From Thraustochytrium aureum (Eukaryota): a stretch of DNA of 20,000 bases. Location of the stretch: the NCBI GenBank assembly GCA_012862495.1, contig BLSG01000129.1:52509-72508 (forward strand), written 5' to 3'. Below, in pieces: positions 1-10,278 of this stretch (within the stretch, counting starts at the first letter, position 1; each line of letters opens with the position of its first letter). Under the pieces are notes generated by a model. The model was not told the origin of the DNA, made no database searches, and saw nothing but the letters and a program-made list of their open reading frames with translations. The position numbers and the translations under genes were made by a program.

Positions 1-922
1 GCGAGTGTCAAAGCAAGGCCCACATACATTTACACACTTGCGCCCATGGCCGTCCCCGCACATCAGACACCTGTACCACTCCTCGGCCCCAGCGCACGTC
101 GCCGAGCACATTCGGCAGTGCCAGCGGCTCGCGCGGCGCGTGATCGCCTAGCCTCGGAGTGCAGTGTCCGAGCGTGAGACTCTTGCTGGCGAAGCTGTGC
201 TATCGCGCCTTGCCCCCAGTCGACTCGACACAAGGGGCAGCGGACCTGGTCCCCCGTGCTGGTCTGGTGCTCTGCCCAAATCTTCATGCACTTGGCGTGC
301 ATACTATTCCCACACGACACGCGGCAATATGCGAGTGCATCTACCTCTGCTGGACCTCTGGGCAGGTCCTCCTGGCAAATTGGGCAGATGTCGCCTTCCT
401 CGACGGGCTTGCGGCTCACCAGGTCAATCGCGCTGTGCGCGTCCGTGCAGGGGTGCAACAGTCGGCGTCTGTGTAGAAATCGCGGCTTGGTCCTCTGCTG
501 CCCAAGCGCCGCTCCCCTGTGCGCTTTCTGAGAAACTGGTGCTTGCGTGCCGCACAATGGCGTTGGCTTGAGGCCGCGGCGCTGGACTGGCGGCGGAGCT
601 GGGCTTGGAGGATCTCATCAATTTCTCTCTCCGTGAGCCCGCGCTGCCAGCACACGGGATTCTCCTCGGCAACCCGCAGGATACGGAGCAGCACGAACAG
701 GATGTGTGCGCAGACGTCGGGAGCGTCGCACGAACAACGGTTGGGGTCCCCGAGCAGGACTTTGAACTTGTCGTCGCCGCCTTCGCCGCGCAACGTGTAG
801 CTCATGGGGCCGCTGCTTTGCACGAGGTAAAACTTTTGCTCCCCGGCCGTGACGCCCCGCGCAAGCTCCGCGACGGCATCGGGAGCTTGCTTGCGGAATG
901 GCACAGACCTGACTCCTGCCAT
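1..922 (-). CDS. ZSWIM2: ZSWIM2/MEX-like E3 ubiquitin ligase (SWIM + RING + ZZ zinc fingers); 3' end beyond the window; reading frame broken twice
   Basis: ATG at 922. The SWIM finger (CSCDAPDVCAHILFVLLRILRV...WQRGL) is in ORF 416-922. The RING (CPICQEDL...CRVSCGNSMHAKC...CPLCR) is in ORF 63-557. My own translation from 120 down to 1 in the third frame gives a ZZ finger (HCRMC...WYRCLMC...VCGPCF). SWIM-RING-ZZ is the ZSWIM2 domain order. Confidence 0.8.
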
Positions 923-1006
923 CGGCGCGAGTGCTGCGCGTTGTGCGACTACCAGCGATGCACTGCATGATGGCTCGCATCACAAAGCCGTCAACGGCTA
1001 CTGCTC

Positions 1007-1088
1007 NNNNNNNNNNNNNNNNNNNNNNNNNNNNNNNNNNNNNNNNNNNNNNNNNNNNNNNNNNNNNNNNNNNNNNNNNNNNNNNNNN
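1007..1088. other. N tract (gap or masked sequence), 82 nt
   Basis: Run of N that abuts an (AACG)n microsatellite. Confidence 0.95.
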
Positions 1089-1125
1089 AACGAACGAACG
1101 AACGAACGAACGAACGAACAAACGA
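1089..1125. repeat. (AACG)n microsatellite
   Basis: aacgaacgaacg... about 7 perfect units followed by a degenerate tail. Confidence 0.95.
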
Positions 1126-1254
1126 GCCACAACGAACAAATCGATCGCGCTTGCTCGCGAGGCTCGCGTTGCAAGGCTCGCTCTCGCGGCAGGTGCGCGA
1201 AAGTGCCTGTCTTTGCACGGCATCGGCATCCGCACCCTGTTCGTTTGCCAGCTG

Positions 1255-4200
1255 TCACGGCCCGGAGCCGAAAAAGGAGCGAATGTCGCTGCGCGGGCCA
1301 GCGGCCTCCTTGAGGCGCGCAGAGCGCAGCGTTCGGTGCAGCTTGCGGGTTTCGGCCTCGTGGCAAGGCGTGCAAAGCGTGCGAAAGTTGGACAGGTCGG
1401 TCTGGCCACCACCCAGCGCAACTGCAAAGATGTGGTCGGCTTGCCAAAAGTCTCCCTCGACTGGGTTGTTGAGGAGCTTCTTCCCAGGCTTGAACGACGA
1501 GCCTAGGAGAACCTGGAAGCGCTCCGGGGGCGTCAGCGGTTTGATACGTTTGTACAAGCCATGAGCGTCCATCTGACAGAGCTGACAGACTCCGCGCTCG
1601 AGCTCGTAGAGCTGCCGACGGATCGCAGATCCGTTCAGCTTTACCCGCTGCTTGTTGTAGCACTCGAGGGAGCACACCGTCGCAACCCCGACCTTGAGCA
1701 GGTCCTGTGGCACGGCCTCGCCACACTCGACGCAAGCTGGTGGGAGGTTGTTCGAGCGGGCCGCACCGTGGAGAGGAACACTCTCTCCGTCTCCCGTGGG
1801 CTTGGCGTATCGCTCAAAGCAGAGGGTGCGGCCAGAACTCTGCTCGCCAGCGTTGTGAGCGTCAGAGTTGGGCCCGCTCTGCATGTGAGATGCTTTCGCA
1901 GCACGGATGCGCTGCAGGGCGGAAAAGACAGGGGGCCTAATGACGTGACCGCAGAGCTCTTTTTGCTCGATCGCGCGGAGCGCATCCCATTGCCGAACAA
2001 AGGCCGACATCGCTTGGCGCGCTGTCGCCTCGCTGTGGATGTGCGATGGGAGGCCCATGCTTTGCCACTCGCGATCGCGGATGCTCGAGGGCTTGACGTT
2101 GACGCCCAGCGGCCGCTTGGCGGCGTCATACAGGAAAATCCGCCCAGTGTTGACGCTGACGCGAAAGTAGAGACCTGCGCGTATGCTCCCACACGAGGGG
2201 CTTTCGTTTGGCTTGGCCGGCGATTGCGAGGCGGCCTTAGGGGCGCCGAGTTGCTCCTGTTCGTCCTCGTCTTCGATCTCGTCTAGGATATCAAGGTCGC
2301 GGCCGCCGGGCGACCCAAACACCCGCTTCGATTTGGCCAGCGCTGAGCCTAGCGCGAAGGGCACCGAGCCATAGGCCTTGCGCTTGCTCTCAGCTCGTCG
2401 CTTCGCAGACCCCGATCCGGCTGGGTCGTCCACATGTCCGAGCCTGCGCTTGAGCCCGCTTGTGAGCGGCGGCGTCGAGAGGTAGGTCGCTGAGCGCGAA
2501 GGGGCAAGCGCCTCTTTTGCCGACGCAGTAAGGTCCACGGTGTTGTTGCGCGATTGGAGAGGCTCGCTTTGCGGAGGCGTCGGCAGGGGCTCGCACGAGT
2601 CACTGAGGTCGAGCACTTGATCCAGAGGTTGAAGATCACGGCGTCCGTGGCCTGCGGCGGTGCGCACGTGCTCGACGAGGCAAAAGGCACCAGCGCTGAG
2701 CTCGCAGATGAACAAGCAGGGTTCTTGGGGAGGGGCACTGAAGCGGGTGGGGCGGCCTTGCGGGAAGAGCCTGGGGCAGCGTGCTACATTTTAGCCAAGC
2801 GCGCATGTCTCCGGCTGGAAAGGCCTGGGCGCTGGCATTCGCTGCGTCGGTGTCGCCCAGCGCGAGTTGTTGTGCTTGGTCGCCNNNNNNNNNNNNNNNN
2901 NNNNNNNNNNNNNNNNNNNNNNNNNNNNNNNNNNNNNNNNNNNNNNNNNNNNNNNNNNNNNNNNNNNNNNNNNNNNNNNNNNNNNNNNNNNNNNNNNNNN
3001 NNNNNNNNNNNNNNNNNNNNNNNNNNNNNNNNNNNNNNNNNNNNNNNNNNNNNNNNNNNNNNNNNNNNNNNNNNNNNNNNNNNNNNNNNNNNNNNNNNNN
3101 NNNNNNNNNNNNNNNNNNNNNNNNNNNNNNNNNNNNNNNNNNNNNNNNNNNNNNNNNNNNNNNNNNNNNNCGCTTCGCTCGGCGCGCATGAGCGTCCGAC
3201 CAGAGCCATCAAGAGCCTTGCCGACGGTATTGAGCTTTCGGCAGACCATGGGCCAAACGATGTCGTCCAAGGTGCCTTTGGCCATGAGGTAGTAGACGTT
3301 GACCGAGTCCTTTTGGCCGATGCGGTGCGCCCTGTCCTCGGCCTGGATCAAGATACCAGGCGTCCAATGCATTTCGACGAAAACGACAGTTGAAGCGGCT
3401 GTGAGCGTGATCCCTTGACCCGCCGAAGTGAGTCCGAGCAGCGCTACGCGAACCCCGGATTGTGGATTCTGAAAGTCGCAGACATTTTGGTGTCGATCTT
3501 TGGTTGGCGTCGCCCCGTCGATGCGCATGAGCCTTACCTTGCGCCTTGTGAACGCTGTCTCGAGCGCGTTGAGGACGTCGAGGTGGTGCGCAAAGACAAT
3601 CACCTTGTCTGTGGCCTCGAGGATCATGGTGCAAATGTATTCTGCCGCCGCAGTCACCTTGGCCCTCCCCGTCGCCGTATAGAGCGCGTTGAGAAGCATG
3701 CGCTGGTCATTGCGTGCCATGCAAGCTTCGCGGAGGAGGTCGGGGTCTCCTCCTCCTCCGGCCATGCCTCCTTGGGGCCCCGAGCAAGCGCCGACGAGGG
3801 AGCGCAGGTCAACGTTTTTCAGGTCCTTGCGCATCTGCGCGACCTCGCGCATCTCCTTGGAGCCCTCGGCAATGTCGAGCCGGAGGAGCTGGCGACGCTT
3901 GGCTGGAAGCTGGTGCAGCACCTTGCTCTTGAGGCGCCTGACCATGCATTGCTTCAGCTTGGAGTGCAGGAGGTCGAGGTTTGAGGAGCCGTTCAGGTCC
4001 ATGCCCCACGGCATGCGGCGCGGGTTGCAAAAGGCCCTGGTAAAGTCAGAGTACTTGGGGAAGAGATCTGGGCGCAACGTGGATACCTGAGGCCAGAGCT
4101 CGATGGGCTTTGCAAGGGCGGGCGTGCCGCTGAGGAGCGCGAGGCGGCTCGCCCCCGTCAGGATCGGGCTGAGCATCTGTGTTCGCACCGCAGTCCCGCT

Positions 4201-5040
4201 TTTGATGTAGTGCGACTCGTCCAAAATGACCACCTTGAACTTGTTGTCTGCAATGAGCTTGGCCACCGCACTGCCATTGGCAAACATCCCGTACGTGACA
4301 ATGCTCACCGCGGAACGCAGGTCGCCAGGAAACGTGCGCGACTTTACGATGTTGATGCTCCCGGGCTCCAGTTCAGGGATCCACCGCTCGAGCTCGTCCG
4401 CCCAGTTGAGCTTGACTGAGGAAGGGGTAACGATCAGGCAGGGCCACTCGCTCTTGAACGCGGCCGCGAAGGCGATCGCTTGAACTGTCTTGCCTAGGCC
4501 CATTTCGTCAGCGATCATGATCCGCCCGTTGCATTTGGCAACTGCGAACGCGACGCCTTGCTTCTGGAAAGGCATCAGCGTGCTTACGAGCGTCTGGGAG
4601 AGCGTCGGACGCGAGGCCAGGATCACCTCTGCCTGCTCCACAGACGGCACATCCCACTCTGCCGGATCGGCGAGGTCGTCCGAGTCTGGGGCAGCAGAGG
4701 GGGCCGATGCAGGGTCACGCGCAGCGGGGGTGTTTCCATGGTGCGAGTCGGCCCTGCTCTTCGCTCCAGCCTTGCCGCACAGGGTTTCGCGGACGCGTTT
4801 CTGGTCGACAGCGGTGAGCTCGATCAGGCCCCCAATTTGGCCCGCGCTCAGCCCAGTGCCAGGGAAGCAGTCGAGATGGTAGTAGAGCGTTGATTCGATT
4901 GGAAACCCTCCGCGTCCTCGTCCGCGCCCGCGGAAGGAAGACTTTTCAATAACTCGAATCTCCCCTTTGTTGATCTTTCCAGCACAGTTGCGCCCACGGC
5001 ACGAGCTTCGGGCGCTTTTCGCATACTCTACGGCGACCAT
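1255..5040 (-). CDS. ZRANB3: ZRANB3-like DNA annealing helicase/endonuclease (zf-PARP + SNF2 ATPase + SRD-like region + HNH); internal junction at 2650-3170 unresolved
   Basis: First in-frame ATG at 5040 (MVAVEYAKS). SNF2 motifs: LMPFQKQGV, IADEMGLGKTVQA, DESH, LLSGTP, QAEDRAHRIGQ (SMARCAL1/ZRANB3 type). The C-terminal ORF 1255-2715 has FRVSVNTGRIFLY...FVRQWDAL (SRD-like), CVEC...CSLEC, and an HNH (ERGVCQLC...WQADHIFAVALGGG...NFRTLCTPCH). Stop at 1255-1257. Confidence 0.9.
2885..3170. other. N tract, 286 nt, inside the ZRANB3-like gene (may hide an intron)
   Basis: Run of N. The most protein-like frame after it differs from the helicase frame before it. Confidence 0.9.
4861..5040 (-). other. 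PARP-type zinc finger at the N-terminus of the ZRANB3-like protein
   Basis: VEYAKSARSSCRGRNCAGKINKGEIRV...YYHLDCF matches the zf-PARP pattern EYAKS.RS.C..C...I.KG..R ... H..CF. Confidence 0.9.
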
Positions 5041-5971
5041 CGCGCTTGCCTGCTTGTCCGCCCGCGAGATAGCGAGGTGGGTCTGATGCGAGCCGCCCTG
5101 CACAGCCAGCCAACCGCCCCCAGCAAGCGGGTTCCTGGTCTGCTCGCCCCAAGACCTGCGTGCGTCAAACGTGCAAGCGCGCACCGAGCGCTCTCTGACC
5201 GATCCAGTTCATTTGAATCCAAACCTAACCGAAGGCGCGGACAAACCTGACGGGACCCTCTGTTATCTCTAGAGGGACGCTGCCCCTTTGGCGCGGTAAA
5301 AGGGGATTCGCGCTGGCACTGCGCGGGGCGGCCGTGGCTCCGTGTGAGGAGCGAAGGCCGCTGTGATACGCCGACGTTCGCCTGCCTTTTCAAGTGCACA
5401 CTGCAGGGGCGTACGCGGCACGTGCAGAGCAGCTGTGTGCCATTCGTCATCAACAAGCGGCGCTCGATTGGCTCAAATCAAAAAATCAATCACGTGCAAA
5501 CACCCACCACCACCAACGAGCTCTCCGAGCCGCCATGAGAACAAAGTTCAACAAACCAACCAAAACCAAATCCACAAGGACAACGGCGCGACGACCGGCA
5601 GGACCCGGCGCACCACAAACACACACTGGCAGCCGTGACGGCGTTGATGAGACTGCCTGCCTGCCGCCGCTGTGGCTGGCAAAAGCCAACGTGGCACACT
5701 TTATCGCCAACCCTTTGAAAGGGGCTCTGTACTTACCCTCAAACGTGCCGAACTCGAAGCGTGCTGCGTCAATCGAGGCCAAGTGCGAAGAGTCGTTCTA
5801 CTACCTACGCGCGCTGCGCCACACAGCCGAACAGCCTCCAACCACGCTTGCTCCAACCACTGGCATCGGCACGTCCGCGCAGTGCACGTCGTATCGCGCG
5901 ACAAGACGGCCTCGCCTCCTCCTCGCCTCGTTCTCGCCTCCTCCTCGCCTCCTCCTCGCGCCGAGACGCCG
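5041..5971. promoter_or_regulatory. Probable divergent promoter region between the ZRANB3-like and pseudokinase genes
   Basis: Head-to-head gene orientation, A/C-rich tracts at 5476-5580, and no credible ORF. Positional inference only. Confidence 0.45.
5910..5960. repeat. Low-complexity CCTCG/CCT repeat
   Basis: cctcgcctcctcctcgcctcgttctcgcctcctcctcgcctcctcctcg just before the N tract. Confidence 0.8.
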
Positions 5972-6269
5972 NNNNNNNNNNNNNNNNNNNNNNNNNNNNN
6001 NNNNNNNNNNNNNNNNNNNNNNNNNNNNNNNNNNNNNNNNNNNNNNNNNNNNNNNNNNNNNNNNNNNNNNNNNNNNNNNNNNNNNNNNNNNNNNNNNNNN
6101 NNNNNNNNNNNNNNNNNNNNNNNNNNNNNNNNNNNNNNNNNNNNNNNNNNNNNNNNNNNNNNNNNNNNNNNNNNNNNNNNNNNNNNNNNNNNNNNNNNNN
6201 NNNNNNNNNNNNNNNNNNNNNNNNNNNNNNNNNNNNNNNNNNNNNNNNNNNNNNNNNNNNNNNNNNNNN
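5972..6269. other. N tract, 298 nt, probably covering the start codon of the pseudokinase gene
   Basis: Run of N. Protein-like coding starts right at 6271, and the ORF-track start at 5761 is a GTG followed by non-protein-like sequence. Confidence 0.85.
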
Positions 6270-6270
6270 G

Positions 6271-9200
6271 CGCCGCGTGAGCGTGTTGCGGCACAAGGCG
6301 GCACGCCTCTCCGGGTACCTGGGCCGCATCAAGGCGGAGGTGCCCCGCATCCGCACGCTCACGGCGCGGCGAGTTGACCACGTCGAGGTTGAGGAGCTCT
6401 TGCTCAAAGTGCTGCACAGCTCCTCGCAACTCGAGAGCCTCGACAGCGAGAGGGGCCTCTTGGCAGCGTTTGCCGCCTCACGCTCGCAAGCGCGCCTTCT
6501 GGATGAGTACCACCAGGACCTGGTGCTCTTGCTAGAGCCTGGCCTTGCGACCGAGGGCGGCGGGGCGGCGTACATAGACCGTGTTCTCCAGCGCCTGCGC
6601 GCCGAGCAGCGCCGGGACAACGAGCTCGACGTGGATGCGGACACAAAGACGCTCCGTGAAAGCTTGGAGATTGTACGATCCATCGGGGCGCTGAAGGAGA
6701 GCGCGTCCGCGCTTGAGCGCGCCTTTCGCGGCCTCGCCGGGAGGCAGGTCGACGAGAAGCTCAAGAACACCGAGAAACTCCGCCAATCTCTGGACCAGTT
6801 GGCCCTGGCCGCGCTCGAAATGGCAGATGTCGACCTGGCCAATATTGCGCCTGGCGACCTTGCGGTGGACGACCGACAGCCTCTTGGCACTACCCCTTTC
6901 GGGCCCGTCGTGGCTGGCGTTTGGAGCGCCCGCCGCGTTGCGGTGCTGCGAGTCGCAATCCGACCGGGCTCGTTGGTATCGCAAGACGCGGTCCGAAAGC
7001 AAGTTGCGCGGTGGAGGAAGCTGGACCACCCTAACCTCATCAGCGTGCTTGGCACGTGCGCGCGCCCCGGTCGGGGGCTCGATATAGTCATGCAATGCGG
7101 GGACATTACCCTGCACGACGTTTTGCATCGTAGCGGCGCTCAAGCTCTTAGCTCAGAACAGGCCGAGGCTGTCATGCGCGGAACGGCCAGAGCCATGCAC
7201 TACCTTCACACGCACAACGTGGTGCACGGCGGAGTGCGCCCCTGCAACATTTGGGTCAGCTGTGATCTTGGGCGCGTCCAGCTTGCCCCCTTCGCGTCGG
7301 ATGACGACCAGCCGGAGAACACGCGGGCTGCTTTTCTCGCACCAGAGTGCAGCGCGCAGCCGGCGCGATGGACATCTCGCGCAGACGTGTTTGCCTTTGG
7401 GATGACGTGCTGGGAAATACTCCATGGCGAGTGCGCTCATCGCGTGCCCGGTCCACCGAAGTTTAGCGACGACCTCACAGTCAAGATCTGGCTCAAGCGC
7501 CTCGTGGAGGCGACCTGGGACCGCGACATCCGGAGAAGGCCATACTCTTCCGAGGTGGTGCGGGTCCTTGAGCAGCGCTCCGATCCGCGCAAGTCTTCGC
7601 GGCTCATTCAGAGCATCGTCGGCTGGCTCCGCCCTGCTTCGCTACCGAGGCGCGTTAGCCGCAGCGACGAGCCGAGCTTTCGCGTCGCCCTTCGGCCAGA
7701 GCTCACTCGCGCGGCGTCGGCCCCGTCTCTAGGAGAGGCCTTGGAAGACGTCGTTGTCGCCCCAGACGCGGCCCGTGCTGTGCCGGCGCGCCCTGGAAGA
7801 AGCGCCCGAGACGCGCTCCCGCCGCCAGGGCATCGCTCAGCGAGCAGAGAGCGCGAAGTCGCCAGCGCTCGCGCTCGGCACGCGCGAAACCGCTCGCGCT
7901 CCGGAATCACCTCAACTGGCAAGCTTCGAAGCGGCGGCCACCTCGCAAACCCGGAAGGCGCGAGCAAGCTCAGTGAACGAGGGGACAGCGGCGATCCCGG
8001 CCTCTCCGGCGGCTCGGCGAGCGAAAGCGGGTCCAGCGACGAGGAAGGCGAACTGGACTCAAATCAAACCGCCAAAATGCGAGACGAGAAACTGCGCAAC
8101 TCGCAAGGCCGCGTGCCCCCAAAGCTTCCACCGCGCCCGCGAGGGCGCTCGAGGGAACGGCATAACTTGCCTTGGCGTGGTGCGAGCGCCGACCAGGCCC
8201 ATGTCAGCCAAAGGTCGATGAAGAAGGATGGCGCGGACCGGCTCCGGGTTGCTCTGCAGACCCTTCGCGGACTGGAGACCACCGCGGACGTAGCCGCGTT
8301 GAGCTTGCCGCTTGAGAATATCGCAGAGGTTCTCACCGACTCCCACGTGGTTGTCGACATCCGTGATGCGCCAGAGCTCCTCTGGGCTATTCGCGAAAGC
8401 GTTGACAGTGAGCAAGCACAGCGCTGGGCACTCGTTGTAGTACGCGCCCTCGCTCTCGGGGCCCCAGGGAACCGTACTGCGCTACTGGATGCTGGAGCGC
8501 ATCGCCATATCTTGGACGCGATGCGGATGCATATCGACGTGGCGTCAATACAGGGCAACGGTTGCGTGGCCCTTTATGTCCTGGTTCTCGCTTCTGATGG
8601 CCAGGTCGACGCCCGGAGCCAGGGCTTGCTCATGAGCGCTGGGGCGTGCTCGGACGTACTGCAAGCAATGCATGTCCACCGCGACAACGCCAAAGTGCAG
8701 GTGAACGCTTGCTGGGCCCTCGTCGGGCTTGCGAACAGCAACGCTGGCGTGCAGAGCGAGCTCTTGAGGGCTGACGCTCCGCGCAAAGTCATTCGAACGA
8801 TGCAGGTTCACAGGGACGACCCGCGCGTGTTGGAGAACGCAGCCGGGGCGCTCTGGAACATGATGGAGCGCAGCCCTGCTTGCCAAAAAGCCGTGCTTGC
8901 GGCTGCAGGCCATGTTGCACTCGTCCGCGCTCTCAAGGCGCACAAGTCGGACGCGAGGCTCGTGGAGAACGTGTTGGGCTGCCTTCGTTGCGTCGCCGAG
9001 GGCAATCCGACGAAAAAGGTGCGCCTTGCGACGTCGCGCAAGCTTGGCCTTCCGAAAGCGATGGTGGCCGCACTGCGCGAGCACCGTGGGAACGAGGACC
9101 TCCAGGTGCAGCTCTTTGAGCTTGCCGCAGTTCTTGCAAAGGGCAGCCCACTTGCGCAGCATCGGCTGGTCTCCCGGGGGCTCCTCAACGAAGCGGAAGA

Positions 9201-9417
9201 GATCCACCGGATCCATTCGAGATCGTCCAGGGCCACCACTGCTTCTGCGACCTCCTTGCTTCGCACTTCGACGCGTCTGAACCGGTCCTTGACCAATTAT
9301 CGGTCGTCGCTTGTTTCTGTCGCGTCCTCCTCTGCGACGGACCTTTCAACGGAGTCGCGAGTGGTGGGCGTTATCAACAAGTTCCTCGCCGTCGTGCTCA
9401 ATGATCATGCCCTTTGA
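6271..9417 (+). CDS. Helical N-terminal domain + TKL-type pseudokinase + R/S-rich linker + armadillo repeats (5' end hidden in N tract)
   Basis: Uninterrupted frame of about 1048 codons. Kinase fold at ~6844-7572: LGTTPFGPV, VAVL, LDHPNL, AMHYLH, HGGVRPCNI, FLAPE, ADVFAFG, RRP. About 6 ARM repeats at ~8365-9190, e.g. AGACSDVLQAMHVHRDNAKVQVNACWALVGL. TGA at 9415-9417. Confidence 0.88.
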   Translation, partial: RRVSVLRHKAARLSGYLGRIKAEVPRIRTLTARRVDHVEVEELLLKVLHSSSQLESLDSERGLLAAFAASRSQARLLDEYHQDLVLLLEPGLATEGGGAAYIDRVLQRLRAEQRRDNELDVDADTKTLRESLEIVRSIGALKESASALERAFRGLAGRQVDEKLKNTEKLRQSLDQLALAALEMADVDLANIAPGDLAVDDRQPLGTTPFGPVVAGVWSARRVAVLRVAIRPGSLVSQDAVRKQVARWRKLDHPNLISVLGTCARPGRGLDIVMQCGDITLHDVLHRSGAQALSSEQAEAVMRGTARAMHYLHTHNVVHGGVRPCNIWVSCDLGRVQLAPFASDDDQPENTRAAFLAPECSAQPARWTSRADVFAFGMTCWEILHGECAHRVPGPPKFSDDLTVKIWLKRLVEATWDRDIRRRPYSSEVVRVLEQRSDPRKSSRLIQSIVGWLRPASLPRRVSRSDEPSFRVALRPELTRAASAPSLGEALEDVVVAPDAARAVPARPGRSARDALPPPGHRSASREREVASARARHARNRSRSGITSTGKLRSGGHLANPEGASKLSERGDSGDPGLSGGSASESGSSDEEGELDSNQTAKMRDEKLRNSQGRVPPKLPPRPRGRSRERHNLPWRGASADQAHVSQRSMKKDGADRLRVALQTLRGLETTADVAALSLPLENIAEVLTDSHVVVDIRDAPELLWAIRESVDSEQAQRWALVVVRALALGAPGNRTALLDAGAHRHILDAMRMHIDVASIQGNGCVALYVLVLASDGQVDARSQGLLMSAGACSDVLQAMHVHRDNAKVQVNACWALVGLANSNAGVQSELLRADAPRKVIRTMQVHRDDPRVLENAAGALWNMMERSPACQKAVLAAAGHVALVRALKAHKSDARLVENVLGCLRCVAEGNPTKKVRLATSRKLGLPKAMVAALREHRGNEDLQVQLFELAAVLAKGSPLAQHRLVSRGLLNEAEEIHRIHSRSSRATTASATSLLRTSTRLNRSLTNYRSSLVSVASSSATDLSTESRVVGVINKFLAVVLNDHAL

Positions 9418-10278
9418 TTGAGTCGTCGAGACCTTTCGTTTTGATTGAACACATGCTTTGACTATACATACTCCAAACTCTCCGTCGTTCAGTTTGTTGT
9501 CTCAGACGTCTGTCGGGTGCCTTCCAACGCGATGCTAACGGTCTCGGCTTGCCAAGCCCTGGCACGAATTGCGGCAAGGGCGCGGCCACGGCCCACGGGC
9601 GGCGCAGCGTTCTGACGAGCTGGGCGCGAGCGCCGCGCAACCGCTAGGTCTGCAGACGCGCAACGCAAGGCGGTGTCCGGCATTTTGCGCAACGAGGGAT
9701 GCCGGCTCGCGTTCGGAAGGGAGTGGGAAATAATGAATGGATTGATTTTGATCGATCGCCTGTCTCGGGGTCGGAGTCGGCGAGCTTGCGAGAATCTCGA
9801 AGAACCCCCGAAACCTTTAAAATGATTTTTGAATCGTCGGCGAGCGGGCGCTGGGCGGCGCTCAAACTCGTTTTGGGAGCATGCAGCCTGCAGGCAGGCC
9901 TGGCTGGCCCACTCTTGCCTTGCCTCGTTCGTTGCCTGCATCCGGATGCTGATGCGGGTCCCAACTGCTGAAGGGCATGGGGCGGCTGGCAGCTGCTTCA
10001 ACAACAGCCCTGGTCCGATGTTGCCACGCCCACTGGCCACCCTCCTTCGCCTCGGCTTGAAACTCTGTCGCCAAACGAGGCAAAAACGTTGTCGCTGTCA
10101 CTCTACCCGAGACTGCAGGCAGAAAAAAGAGACCGTGTTGAATTGTGTATGAAGCCAATAATTCTAGTTTCCTCCAAAGAGCGGAGAGTTATTGGGTTGA
10201 TGTGCAAAACATTCGCTTTGGCTGCACAGGCGTGCGCTCTGCGCGTTGCAGGTTCTGCGTGCGCGTTTCGGTCTCATT

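Noticed and set aside
409..420. Strong-looking donor GTGAGC on the minus strand before the RING
   Set aside because: It lies within VSRKPVEEGDICPIC, which matches the conserved ZSWIM2 lead-in to the RING and is best read as coding.
2716..2793. Stop-codon readthrough linking ORF 2791-5184 and ORF 1255-2715 (same frame, single TAA)
   Set aside because: The shared frame depends on the N-tract length. The translation around the TAA is not protein-like, and another frame carries the PIP-like motif.
5394..5971. ORF-track starts at 5394 and 5761 as the N-terminus of the pseudokinase
   Set aside because: Non-ATG starts, low-complexity translation, and frame continuity that rests only on N's.
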